A DNA stretch of 64,000 nt from Rhynchopus sp. YZ270_cl-10 (taxonomy: Eukaryota), in the NCBI GenBank assembly GCA_964035575.1, contig OZ037833.1:1798001-1862000 (forward strand), read 5' to 3'. This document shows positions 1 through 12,491 of this stretch, piece after piece. The position numbers and the translations under genes were made by a program. Numbering within the stretch: position 1 is the first letter of the stretch; each line of letters opens with the position of its first letter. Below the pieces are notes generated by a model. The model made no database searches. It was not told where the DNA came from and saw only the letters and a list, made by a program, of their open reading frames with translations.

Positions 1-2640
1 GGGCCCCGTGTGGCTGAGAATAACTCGCACTCTGCCCGGGAGTGCGGTACCAAGCCATAATGAACAAAAAAAGTCTCCACCCCGCTTCCTTCGGTCTCGT
101 CCCTTTCACCTCCCGCACAACAGAATAAATAATAATACAGTATGGTGCGTGTGACTGCAAACGTCGAGGGAACCTTGCTTCTTGCAGTGCTGCAAGTGCT
201 CGCCACCACGGTGGTAGCAAAGTGCATTGCGTTGGCGCACTTGGGCAGGCCCTGACGGCACTGAGGAACGAAAAAGAAAAATAATTCAGCGCCTCCCAGG
301 TCTGCACCTTTAAAAAAAATTTGCCTGCGGCGCCATTTTCCCTTTTTTGCTCTGCAAAAAAGGATTCGCTGAGTGGCTTTGTGGTATAAAAGCTGCATTT
401 TTTATACTGTACCCTAATTTTTTTTCGCCTGCGGCGCCGTTTTATATTCATCCCGAACATTCGGGGTGCACGTAGCGCGTAGCGCGCCCGGGTTTAGGAC
501 CCCTTCTTGAATTTCGAGGGGGCGGTTCACGTTACAGTGGGTCCAGAATCATAGTTCAATTTAACCCCGCTAAGCAACTCGCTGGTGGTAATGACCAAAA
601 CGTGTATCAGCCAAGAACTTGCCCATTTTTTTCAAAATGACCCCGTGACAGTGAGGGTAAAAGCTCGGAAAACCCGAAAAAGGCCAAAAAAAAACCCCCG
701 AAAAGGGAAAACCGAGAACATATTTCGGCAGGGGGCAGCGTGTTCTCAGAAAAATCCAAAAATTGCCTGTAAAAATCCTTAGAAAAAACCTGGGTGCCCG
801 ATCCAAAAAAATGGAAAAAACCCCAGGGTGCCCGCCCACCCCTGCAAAACAGCACAACCATACTAAGGGATTTTTACTTCCGCGGGGGACGATTTAACAC
901 AGCAAAAACAAGGGAGCCAAACCCATAGGCCCTATGGGTTGCACCCATATCATTTTCTTCTAATTTTATTTCGTCCAAAAAATGTAAAGTTGATAGTGCA
1001 AACGCCTCTGGACAGGAACGCAGGCACTGGGCAACGGGTAACGTGAAAAAAAGGGTCTGTGTGCACACAAGGGTAAATAATAACAGAGAGAACAAGGTTC
1101 AGTCGTAAAAGTGTAAACAAAAAGAACAGAAGAAACAGACCCAACACGAACAGGCAGGAACAGACGTGGGTGAGTCCATTGTGCACTGGAAAAAAAAACA
1201 CATCTTTTTGTGAGGGCATTTTTTCCCCCCATACAAAATTCGTTGGGGCCGGAACATATCTACAAGAATGAAACCTTATGAATGTGGCTCTCATCCTTTT
1301 TCTCATGATTTGCACCATACTGTCTAATCGAAAAATGGAGACAAATTCTTAAGAAAAGATGGTGTTTGTCCATTTGTCCATTTGTCTATTTGTCCATCAT
1401 AAAGAAACTGTGATAAACTCCTTCTCAAGCAAAACATTGAAGGCCGAAGTGGAGAAGGTTTCCGCGTCAACAGCATTTAGACAGTGGGTCAAGTCGGTCC
1501 TAAGGCAAGGTGTAATTGCTCGCCTCAAAGATACGATGTCGCATTCTCGGTGCTCACCTGAATGCAGAGAAATGAGTGATACCACAATGGGCTATCCTGA
1601 TACTGTCCCTTTTAGTTGCCGATAAGAAAAGCGAGGTGGGGGTGTGGGGGGGTAGGGGGCGAATGGAAGTTGGTTGCAGAATATCAAACGATTAGTGAGA
1701 TGATCCTAAGCCTGTGCTGACTGAGCTTCTGATCCTTAGTCACCCCCCTCTTTTAAAAAAGAGGAAAAGCGAACCCTTATGGGGGATTTTTTAGCAAAGC
1801 AAAAAGTGCTACAAAAAAGAATGTGGCAAAAGCTAAACTGGGGGAAGTTGGTTCGGGGGGGAGGGAATACATTATGGCCCACCCTAAGCGTGGATGTGAT
1901 GGGGTGTTTGTATTTTGAGAAAATGGATTTTTTTCTTTTTTTAGTTTGGTCCATTAGCTGTCAAATCCAAGGACGCCTTTCTGAAAATTGGGTATTAGTG
2001 TAGACTAATAGAAGGGTTGCTTTGACTGATTAGTGTAGACACCCAAGAATCATTGTTTTTTTTTGAGAAGGTCCCCCACCCCACTGTAACCTACCGAGGT
2101 AGGCGTTTCTGTGTTTGTTTATTTTTTTTGATCCGATGGATCCGTGTAGCTGTCCATACAGTCATTCAACCTTTTTCTTGTTGAAAACACAATTTTTGTG
2201 ACATTTTTTTTATGTTCAAAAACAATGATACACTTCGATATTCTAAACAAAAAATATTAACACTCAATCCCAAATTTTTGTCCAAACTGGGTATTTTTTT
2301 AAATAAAGAACAACTATTCAAAACCGTAAAATTCTTGCTTTAATTGATTTTTCTGGTAAAACCTATGAACACGCAAAAAAAATCGACCAGATTCGTTGAG
2401 TGACTAAAACCCAATCACCCATAGAGAGAGAGACCCAAAACGGTGATTTTCCCTGTAATTCCTTAAGGAATTGCCTTTGCCATTTGAAAAAATATTATGA
2501 CCGCAAAAATGGCAACATGTAATCTGTGATGCTCAAAAGTGCAAAATTCTTGCTCCAATGGATTCTCCGGGTATATATTGTACCTGGAGAATATGCTCAT
2601 ATCACTCTTCAGACCATCTGGGGTATGGTCACACACAGGT

Positions 2641-3578
2641 AGTATACACAGTATACACAGTATACACAGTATACACAGTATACACAGTATACACAGTATA
2701 CACAGTATACACAGTATACACAGTATACACAGTATACACAGTATACACAGTATACACAGTATACACAGTATACACAGTATACACAGTATACACAGTATAC
2801 ACAGTATACACAGTATACACAGTATACACAGTATACACAGTATACACAGTATACACAGTATACACAGTATACACAGTATACACAGTATACACAGTATACA
2901 CAGTATACACAGTAATACACAGTATACACAGTATACACAGTATACACAGTATACACAGTATACACAGTATACACAGTATACACAGTATACACAGTATACA
3001 CAGTATACACAGTATACACAGTATACACAGTATACACAGTATACACAGTATACACAGTATACACAGTATACACAGTATACACAGTATACACAGTATACAC
3101 AGTATACACAGTATACACAGTATACACAGTATACACAGTATACACAGTATACACAGTATACACAGTATACACAGTATACACAGTATACACAGTATACACA
3201 GTATACACAGTATACACAGTATACACAGTATACACAGTATACACAGTATACACAGTATACACAGTATACACAGTATACACAGTATACACAGTATACACAG
3301 TATACACAGTATACACAGTATACACAGTATACACAGTATACACAGTATACACAGTATACACAGTATACACAGTATACACAGTATACACAGTATACACAGT
3401 ATACACAGTATACACAGTATACACAGTATACACAGTATACACAGTATACACAGTATACACAGTATACACAGTATACACAGTATACACAGTATACACAGTA
3501 TACACAGTATACACAGTATACACAGTATACACAGTATACACAGTATACACAGTATACACAGTATACACAGTATACACA
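2641..3578. repeat. 9-bp tandem satellite (AGTATACAC)n, about 104 units
   Basis: Near-perfect array read directly, with one single-base insertion near 2915 (agtaatacac). The YTV/IHS/TQY ORFs over it are artefacts. Confidence 0.98.
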
Positions 3579-3592
3579 GGGGATTGGGAGTG

Positions 3593-3762
3593 CAGTACAG
3601 TACAGTACAGTACAGTACAGTACAGTACAGTACAGTACAGTACAGTACAGTACAGTACAGTACAGTACAGTACAGTACAGTACAGTACAGTACAGTACAG
3701 TACAGTACAGTACAGTACAGTACAGTACAGTACAGTACAGTACAGTACAGTACAGTACAGTA
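3593..3762. repeat. 5-bp tandem satellite (CAGTA)n, about 34 units
   Basis: Perfect array, separated from the 9-mer array by a short gggattgggagtg spacer. Confidence 0.98.
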
Positions 3763-4483
3763 CACATATCAGACAAGATCTCGTTAGGCGTATACTTCTG
3801 GGCCTCGTTCACTTCATAAACCACAGATGCAATTTTTTGAGCCTACGACCCCGCATTTAACTCATTTCGATCCGCTGATTTCAATCCCAAAAAATATTTC
3901 AAAAAAATATTTCTGGTGTGGCACCTTAACCGATTCTCCGTGGTTCTACCCGTTGTCCCTCCGTAAAGGGGGGGTATGGATGTTGGAAAACAGGCCTTCA
4001 TAGGCACCTTCGGTACAACGTCGCAGGCAGGCCAAACAGCGTTTTAAATTTGTTGTTTGTGAGCTACCCGCATGTGGAAGGCCCACTTCTCAGAATTCAC
4101 GACATCTTTTCTCGACCCGATCGGTGGAGTACATATTTGTTATCACCCCCTGGTTACCCTACTTACACATTTTCAAAAGAATCGGCGTTGAAGAAAATCA
4201 GAATGCTCGATGTTCACTCGTGGGATAGTTTTTCACGAGTATAAAGTACGGTGTGAACATCTCATATATTGGTGCACTCTCGCTGATCTCTTTGACCGGA
4301 AATATGTGCAACACATGCACTCCTCCTCGCGTGTGCGGTTGATGAAGCTGTTGCAAGCGTCTTCTCCATTACAGTCTCAAGAGAAATACGTCTGACAGCA
4401 GACGAGTTCGGGGCTGGACATCCACTCAAATGCAGGACATGTCTTTAATGTCCTAATCCTGTGCACCAAGCACCACCCCAGGC

Positions 4484-4572
4484 GCTTCGCGGCGAAGTGC
4501 AGGCTTAGCCCAGCCCTTAGCCGCGAAGCGACTGGGGGGTCTGGGGGGCGGAGCCCCCCAGCGAAATTTTTT
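4484..4572. repeat. GC-rich inverted repeats, probable non-autonomous DNA transposon remnant
   Basis: GCTTCGCGGC...GCCGCGAAGC inverted repeat, followed by a GGGGGTCTGGGGGGCGGAGCCCCCCAG hairpin and GCGAAATTTTT. Ends not resolved. Confidence 0.4.
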
Positions 4573-5034
4573 GACTTAACACTGCTTGTGCTTAGAAAAC
4601 CCGAATTTTTTACCCTTCAAAATTGCATTTGAGGAACTCACAACGCGTCAAAACGAAAAGGTCGTTTTTGGCACTTTTAAAACCGGGCTCCGCTGAGTTC
4701 ACCATATTTTTGCTCGATTTATTTAGTGGAGTAACTAATTAGTAATCGTATTCTCGGACAAAAATTCGGGACGAGGTGTAAAAAAAATGGAAAATAGAAT
4801 CGACTAAATCCCACCAACCACTCGTTATACTGAGCAGCGCAAAAAAAGGAGGGAGGGGAACAACAAATGGAAAGGGGAAAAAGACAAAAAATGGTTAACT
4901 TTTTTTTTTCAAACAACTTGTTCGGCACGAACAGTCTTGTTTTTTTCTTTTTTCCCTCTCTACAAAGGGAACAACTTTCCCACAACTAAATTACATCATT
5001 TTTTTTTCTTCTCTAATTTCCCTACCTACCTACC

Positions 5035-6024
5035 CTATGCCACCATCGTATGCCCGGCAAACTTCGAACTCCCTGTGAATGACTGGCATCTTGCTCCCAT
5101 TGCAGATCCACGCCGTTCGAGGACTTGACTGCGGCAGGGGTCCTTTTGCCGGGTGTATACACTAGAGGACTTCACCATCCTCCTCGGCGTTGCAGTTGCA
5201 ATGAGCGGCGCAGGCGCTGCAGTGGTGTCACGCACAATGGCAGAGTCTCTCCGTGGCACCGGGTGCTTTGCTGTGCCACTCACTCCCGTCCCTCTTGGGG
5301 TGCTCCCCCTCGGCACCACCGAAGGGCGCGACATCAGGGAGGACATATTGCGTGCCGTCCCTGCCCTCTGCAGTGTCGTCTCCTTCTTCCGCAGCTCCTT
5401 TCTCGGTGATCCGGCCTGCCGGAAGGAGCGGTCAGACCTCTCTGGGAAGCGCGCTGATGCAGCACGAGAGAGATTCGGGCTTTCCTTCACCGCCGCGCCA
5501 AACCCTGCGATTTTTGGGATAAACCGGGCCGCAACGTTTGGGGTGGTCTTAAGAGCGGAAAGGTTCGGCTGGGTCATACGACGCTGCGGAAGAGGAGCGT
5601 TGAGCGCTGGCTCTACTGGAGTACTGAAATGTGATGTGTTTGCACGGATTTCAGCGAATCTTGAAGAAGGGAGGGTGCTTGCGTGGCGGAGGGGTGGGTG
5701 CGGTGCTGCTGCAGGCAGCTTCTGTTTAGGCTTCACCACTGTGCAATGATCCGCAGCCACAGACAACCTCCACTTCTCATTTGCCCTCCACAAGGCAACC
5801 CCTTGCAGCATCGTCACACCACGATGGTCTCTCCCCTGCTCCAACATCGCCTCCACGAGAATGTCCAAATACGTATCCGCACGCTCTGGAGGGCACAGCG
5901 ACTTCTGCGCCCTCGGTGGAGAGCAAAAACTGGTGTTCGACAACGGCGACGAAAAGCTCTCATTTGGGGAAGCAACAACACTGTCCATCGATGAGATCGA
6001 CGACTCCAACACAATTTGTGCCAT
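5035..6024 (-). CDS. Hypothetical Ser/Pro/Arg-rich protein (~329 aa)
   Basis: Long GC-rich ORF. Start placed at AAAAAAATG (MAQIVLESS), the A-run context seen at other genes here. No domain recognised. Confidence 0.7.
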   Translation of the reverse strand: MAQIVLESSISSMDSVVASPNESFSSPLSNTSFCSPPRAQKSLCPPERADTYLDILVEAMLEQGRDHRGVTMLQGVALWRANEKWRLSVAADHCTVVKPKQKLPAAAPHPPLRHASTLPSSRFAEIRANTSHFSTPVEPALNAPLPQRRMTQPNLSALKTTPNVAARFIPKIAGFGAAVKESPNLSRAASARFPERSDRSFRQAGSPRKELRKKETTLQRAGTARNMSSLMSRPSVVPRGSTPRGTGVSGTAKHPVPRRDSAIVRDTTAAPAPLIATATPRRMVKSSSVYTRQKDPCRSQVLERRGSAMGARCQSFTGSSKFAGHTMVA

Positions 6025-7009
6025 TTTTTTTTGTAAAAAAAAAGAAGGGGCAATGTGTATATGCGGGGAAGAGAGTAGGGGAAACACGAAACGAAAATGA
6101 ACCAAGGAAATATAATCTGTGGTTGTTTTGAATAATGAAGAATGGATAGAGGGGAAAGAAGAAAGAAAAGTTGGTTACACTCAAAGATGCAAAAACGCCG
6201 GTGCGTCGTCAATGTTGATTAGATCCTGTCCTCCCACCAATACAGACTCGGCACACGCGTAACCCAGCTCAGCTTCCTCTCTGTGCATCGGAGCCAACGT
6301 AGGGCATTGGTTCTCCGCGGGTTATCGAACCCTCCGAGAGCACTTCATTGGTGTGCACTAAGACAAATTCTAAGATGAATGTGAAGAAACTTCGGATTAT
6401 ATAAAGAGGGCGGGAGGGGGGGAAAAGGTCGTTTTGTGCTGAGAAAAAAAAATGGTAATAAAGCAGAGTGGAAAAAAAGGAGGAATAAAATATATGTTGC
6501 GCTCCCATGTTAGTGAAAGTTGAAGGCAAATCGAGACTCCAATGGAAAAATAAAATAAAAATAAAAAATGTGTCGAGGTGTCCAACAATGCAAAAAGAAG
6601 CGCTCCTTTTATAGAGGAATTTGAAATGCATTGTGTCTTTATGATACAATAATATTTCATGCTTTTTTAAACATGCACGTTCATCCCCCTCCACACCCCC
6701 CCTTTTTAGCACGTTAACTGTTTAAACGTTATGTCCACTACGAACTGGTTTTCCCCTAGGCCAGAATATGTATTTTTTTGTACAAAAGAACATTCTCTCT
6801 TTCCTTCAAATAAAGAAGGCAAGAACCTTTTTTTTTTGTGAATGGTTTTTGCGGCCTCCAAAAAAAAAAGCAGAAAAAAAACAAAAAAAGAAATCACAGC
6901 GACTTTTGCAAAAATAAAGTTGAAAAGATGAGTCTCTGACATACAAACTATGAATGCCATAAAAGAATCACTTGACACAGCTAAACAAAGCTCTCTCTCT
7001 CTCTCTAAA

Positions 7010-8255
7010 TCATGCGTTCTCGAACTTGTCACACTTGATCATGAAGATGCCGTCCGTGTCCTTTTTGCACTGGAACTCTCCCTTGAAACCAATGTTAATG
7101 CTCAGTTTGGTGTTCTTGATGGTTCCAGAAACAATCGGCTTCCAGATTCCGAACTCCTCGGCCGGCTTGCTTCCTGCAGGCAGCTTGATGTCCAAGTACA
7201 CGTTCTTCGCCTCAACCTTTGTGTGAAGATCTTCCCTGAAGAGGTGACAGTTTAAAAAATACAAAGAGTAAAGCTGGTAAACAGAAAAGAGATAAAACCA
7301 TCTACCCCACCCTACTAAGACAAGCGTGAATGTGCACTCATATCTTGGCGAGGGGGGGATCGGAGAAAAGACACGCGCGACAGAACAGCGCCCAGCGCAA
7401 ACACGGAAAGGATCTACCCCACCCTACTAAGACAAGCGTGAATATGCACTCATATCTTGGCGAGGGGGGGATCGAAGGAAAGACACACCCAGCGCAAACA
7501 CGGAAAGGCTCTACCCCACCCTACTAAGACAAGTGTGAATGTGCACTCATATCTTGGCGAGGGGGGGATCAGAGGAAAGACACGCGCAACAAAACACCCA
7601 GCACAAACACGGAAAGGATCTACCCCACCCTACTAAGACAAGCGTGAATATACACTCATATCTTGGCGAGGGGGGGATCAGAGGAAAGACGCGCGCAACA
7701 AAACACCCAGCGCAAACATGGAACGGCTCTACCCCACCCTACTAAGACAAGCGTGAATGAGCACTCATATCTTGGCGAGGGGGGGATCAGACACATCATT
7801 TTTTTTCGTCGAGTAAAGCAAACCGTCCTTTCTCCCCTCCGCTACTAAGACGTGGGCAACGTTGTGCATCACATCTTGGCTAGGAGGGTTTGCCCTCTGA
7901 CCACACAAAGAAAATCATCAAGCAACGCAGGCACTGTACTGTACATCCCTCACAAAAATCTAAAAGCAACGATTTGGTATTCAATAAAAAAAGTTGATTT
8001 GAAATACAACCCGCTGGCAGTGCACCTTGGTAAATGACCGGCTGTACCGGGGGTGGACCCCCAAACCATGCAGTCCTACAATACATTTCGTGGTTTACAT
8101 CAAAAAAAAGTTGAAATGATGACATGTAGGAATGTAACATACTTCGAGAGGTACGAAAGCCCACCCTTAGCACCAGTGTTCTTGTCGTTGATGCCCACCG
8201 TCCATGCCTGGAGCTGGTCCATAATCTTCTCCTTGTCTGCCTGCTGCCAAGACAT
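7010..8255 (-). CDS. Hypothetical 112-aa protein, 2 exons (8143-8255, 7010-7235)
   Basis: GTATGT donor at 8142 and TTCAG acceptor at 7236 join MSWQQADKEK...YLSK to EDLHTKVEAK...FENA in frame. Confidence 0.7.
7301..7890. repeat. Minisatellite, ~98-111 bp unit, 5 copies plus a degenerate sixth, inside an intron
   Basis: TCTACCCCACCCTACTAAGACAAGCGTGAAT..CACTCATATCTTGGCGAGGGGGGGATC recurs at about 7301, 7412, 7510, 7619 and 7728, degenerate near 7831. Confidence 0.95.
7993..8099. repeat. Dispersed ~110-bp structured element, family D copy 1
   Basis: GTTGAYTTGAAAYAC...CAGTGYACCTTGG...TGACCGG...ACCGGGGG TGGACCCCC.AACCATGCAGTCCTACA...TTTCGTGGTTTACA, shared with 31559 and 41519. Confidence 0.85.
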
Positions 8256-8458
8256 ATTTCTTCTTCTTTTTTTTGTGTCTCTCGTGTGTTTTTCTGGCAT
8301 TGAAGATTTGTATAAAATATCGCAATCTAAAAATCTAAAAAACCCAACATTGAACCATACACTCCATCTACACTCTAAAACACCTTACCAAAGGGGACAC
8401 GACGTTCCCCCAACCCCCTATTCCCCAACCCATCCATTGGACTAAAACATCCAGAAAA

Positions 8459-8767
8459 TTATGCATCGACCCGCCGTTTCTTCTTTGCAGAGGCTGGTGT
8501 TGTAGGTGCGTTGTGTTTGATGTGCTGTGAGAGGTGGGTCTGCACTGCGTTGTGCACCTCCGCAACTGACGCAGTTGCACGATCGTCGTCGAAGGAGCCT
8601 TCAGGTATCGCGTCAAGCACACACGCCACGACAGCCTCCACTGCATCAACGTATTTATCCTTGTTTCCCGCAAAGTACTGTGCGTCCTTCACATAGTTTG
8701 CCATCATATTCGAAACGAGTAATGTCACAAACCCTTTGTGATCCTGTGTACCATCTGACTCAGTCAT
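8459..8767 (-). CDS. Small hypothetical protein, possible histone fold, C-terminal NLS-like KKKRR
   Basis: 102-aa GC-rich ORF with natural composition. The 5' end may be spliced. Confidence 0.6.
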   Translation of the reverse strand: MTESDGTQDHKGFVTLLVSNMMANYVKDAQYFAGNKDKYVDAVEAVVACVLDAIPEGSFDDDRATASVAEVHNAVQTHLSQHIKHNAPTTPASAKKKRRVDA

Positions 8768-9409
8768 CAGCTTATCTACTCTGCTTTTTTAAACACCTAA
8801 ACCAAAACCAAAACCAAAACCCCTGTAGCAGGTGTGATAATAGTGGCAATCTTTACAAAACAAAATTGCTTTAAACAGCAATGAAACCCGGTGTGTAGTA
8901 TAGAAACCAAAAAAAAGCGCTCTGTGTGTGTAGCAGAGCAATGGTAGCAGGTCAGGGTAATAGAGAGGGGGAAAAAAAGGGGGTCCTTTTTTTTTTTTTT
9001 TGCGCTTTCTTTCCCTTTTCGGTGATAGTACTGTGAGAGAGGCAAGACAACAGACTATACGCAAGAGATGGCCTTTTACTTTTTTGAAAACTTGGTTGTA
9101 TTAGTGTAGACACCCGAGGATGAACTCCACTATAACTTTTTTGCTTCTTTTTTTTTTTTTTGCGGAGAGAAGGGACATTGTGTTTGGAATATGCGTCTTC
9201 CCTATCCCCCCACTACATGATAAACTTGCTCAAACATAACATCGTCAAAAATCGTGCTTTTTTTGTAAAATTGTAAAATGAGCAATTTTCTTCCCTGAAA
9301 ACCCCCCTTATTTACCCATCGTGAGAGAAAATGACGAGAGTATTCCCTTTCCCCCCCCCTTACCCCAGGTCCCCCTTTTTTAATGGAATTTTAGAGAATA
9401 CGATCAGGT

Positions 9410-11217
9410 TCATTTCCGCGCGGCAGCGAGCCAGGCGGAGGAGGTTGCCGGGGTGGCTTTTCCCTTTGGCTTAGGCGCTGCAGCGTTGCCTCGGCCCTTT
9501 GGTTTGCCGCCTTTTCCTGAGAGGGAGGGGAATTCTGCGCCTGCGGCGTCCGCTTCTTGACCTCCACCAGAGAAACCACGTGCCATGTGGAGCCAGTTGG
9601 CGTTAGGACCACCTTCTCCTCCGCTTGACTGTGATTGGGACGACTGTTGTTGTTGTTGTTGTTGTTGCTGCTTCGCCTTGCTCTGTAGCGTCTTAGCAGT
9701 GTTCGGCACATCAGGAATGCCGCGCTCTGTGGAGTTCGCACTGCTATGCGCAAGGCGCAGTCCCGCCTGTTTGTTCTGGTCCGGAAGCAGGTCCACCAAC
9801 TCCGGGAAGATGTCATCCAAGTCGCCGCCAAAAAAGATGCCCAGCTTGTCGTAGTAGTCGACCGTCTGGATCTGCCCCTTGAGGAAGTCAGAGGAGATGA
9901 CACGGAGTTGGTTGAACTTTGTCAGGTTGTTGCCAAACTTGACCTTCATTTTGTTCATCAACGCGATGTTGCGTTCTTTCGCGTTCGGCTCGCGTGTGTG
10001 CTGCGGTGTGGGTGCTGCGTCCTCTTCTCGTGCTGGTGCATGGCCCCGTCCCCGCCCGCGTCCACTTGACTGCCCCGCATCTTGCACACCCTTGCCCCCC
10101 TTCTTCCCTTTGCCACGTCCACCACCCGTCGGGCTTGTCTCCGTGGTCTGGTTCCCCGAGAACGCCATGCGCACTACCACATCAGGACGCCGCCCCATGT
10201 TGAACGTGATCGCCGCACGCTCTGTCCCAATCCCACCCGCCCCGTCCAGCTCTCGTTCCCGGACAGGTGGCGGGGTGCGGGTCCGTCGGTCAGAGTACGC
10301 TGTGGAAGTAGGTTTGTGGTGACAGCGAAAGGTTGACATACATGACTCGCCCATCATAATCACATTGCTCTTCTTATTGCCGGTGCTGTGCGCTTTTCCC
10401 TGTTAGGTGGATATTTTTTTACCCCAAAAAAATGACATACATTGTGCGCCGCATAGTCGATGTCTGATTTGAATGCCCATTCTGATGGATGGTGCTCACC
10501 CCCACCAAGGTGCTTCTCATAGCACAGCTCGCAGTAGTAGTGCGAGGTGCGCCAGTGTTGCATGAGCTCTGCCATGCCGCGGTAGTAGACCATCTTTTTG
10601 TCTGTTGATGTTTCGCATATGTCGCAGAGGAGGTACTTCTTGTGCACATGCTCGTAGAGCGCGTCTGCGTCGAGGTGCAGGGAGCTGCAGAAGCCGCACT
10701 TCGGATGTCCAAAGAAGTTCGTCGGGTCGAGAGTACAGTGCTCCGTGGTCGACTCATGCTGGCGCAGCTCCGTCTTCGTGTACAGCGGCTGCTCTGCCGG
10801 GAACAGCGGCCGCCCTTCAAAGCAGACCGCACAGAAGGTGACGTCGTGCTTCGCGAGAAGGTGGTTCCGCAGCTCGCTCGACTTATTGAAGGCCCGGTAG
10901 TTCTGGCATGTGTCTGCCAAAGGGCAGCATAGACCCACTAAGCGTTCGACCTCATGCAGAACGTCCTCGCTCTCATATGTGACACCTTCCCAGTACTCGT
11001 CGCGGATGTTCTCCCCTGCCGCAGGGTCGTCCGACTCCCAAAAGAGGTACACCGTATCGCTCTTCTGCTGACATTCAAGGCAGAAATTGCTTCGTTCCTT
11101 GTTGCTGTTCTTAAAACGGTAGCGCAAAGCACACCGGAAACACGCGCTAGTGTGACCACACGCAAACAATGCCCACGTTTCCCTCTCCTCTGCACAAAAC
11201 ATGCATGTATTCGCCAT
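9410..11217 (-). CDS. ZNF598: ZNF598/Hel2-like RING E3 ubiquitin ligase, 574 aa, 3 exons (10441-11217, 10342-10399, 9410-10299)
   Basis: N-terminal C3HC4 RING (CMFC..CGH..CFRC..CLEC), C2H2 fingers including GHPKCGFC, C-terminal IFPELVDLLPD domain and EFPSL motif. Introns of 41 and 42 nt (GTATGT..CAG) restore the frame. Confidence 0.88.
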
Positions 11218-11992
11218 TTTCAAAAAAAAAACTAAAAGTGCTCTAGGTGTTGAAGGATTTGAGGGAAGAGTAGGAAAACAAACATGAGGCGATAAATGGT
11301 GGCTTTTTTTTGTCTATCTAAGTTGGGGGAGGGGGAGGGATGTGGTAAGGGAGAGGTGCCGTGTTGTAGAGACGTAGGCACAAAGAGTGGTTTATAGATG
11401 AACCTAAGCTTCTCGTGCTTTGCGGGGTTTGGTCACCTTGAAAAAGAAAAGTAAATTTTTGTTGCGATTGAATCGCGTACAGACACCCTTTGGGATGCAG
11501 GCACGTGAAAAAATGTTAACATTTTGTCATTGTGAAAACATTTGATTCTGGTCCAGGCACCTCAGGATGCCTCATTTAATAACCACTTCAGTCATCCGAC
11601 TTATTTATTGTGATTTGAAAACCACCAAATTAAAGAAAAGGCGGGCGTTAAAAGTTTTGGACCAAAAAAAAAAAAAAAGACGTCATATCTTTGAAAGGGA
11701 AAAAAGCAAGTTAAAATCAAAAAAGGCAAATTGTGGTTTTTTCTAACAAACTATTTGTTTTATGTGGCGTTCAATTCGTTTTTTTGTCTGAAAGACAAAA
11801 AAGGGCCGTGCAAAAAGAAGGGGAATCTAAAAAAGGGGTTTTGTATTTTTATGAAAAAAAATAATACTATTGACAACGTGTGGTGAGGGGTAGGAGGGGA
11901 AGGGGTGAAGAGGGTTTGTGATGTGTTCTGTCTTCGAAGAAAAAAAAGGGAAAACGCTATGAGATGGAGCTACAGTAATCGTAATAATGGTC

Positions 11993-12075
11993 TACCGTAA
12001 AAAGGGTCAAACTTCCAGGAAACTCCTGAAAAAGGTCTAACATTATTCCGGTCGACAATTTTTCCGATTACGGTA
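11993..12075. mobile_element. 83-bp Tc1/mariner-type micro-MITE (degenerate copy)
   Basis: TACCGTAA...TTACGGTA ends. Same length as 44851-44933 and shares its internal GGTCRAACTTCCAG. Confidence 0.6.
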
Positions 12076-12491
12076 AATCTCTCGTCCATAGTCACCTTAG
12101 TCACAACAGTTATCACCCATCAACAGTTGTGGACATAAATTAAAGCAAGAACACAGAATGGATGAATAATTGATGATATAATCATACATCCTGCAGTAGA
12201 CGGGTATTTTTCTGAAAGTGTCGGGATTTGAAAATTGCAGACAAAACAAAAGGAAATTGTCACGCAATAAACATCCCTAAAAAAGCAAAAAACCAAATAA
12301 ACAAAAAAATCGTGAATTTTTTTAGACCTCTCATAAAAAATTCACAAAAATTCTAAAAATCAATTTCTAAAAAAAAAAAAACGGTAACAATACTCTTTCG
12401 TTTCTCTCTCTCTCTGCCTCTCTTTTTCGCTCTTCCAAAAAGCGCAGAACTCATTTTGTTTTTTTAAATCTTTTTTCCTTCTTCTTCAAAA

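Noticed and set aside
290..950. Defined transposon around the GCCTGCGGCGC motifs
   Set aside because: The motif also occurs in the 45-47 kb element, so it is probably repeat-derived, but I found no convincing TIR/TSD pair.
2463..3824. Long ORFs (322-453 aa) on both strands over the satellites
   Set aside because: They are stop-free translations of the 9-mer and 5-mer repeats.
7301..7890. CRISPR-like repeat-spacer array
   Set aside because: The spacers are homologous to each other, the repeat is too long, there are no cas genes and the context is a eukaryotic intron.
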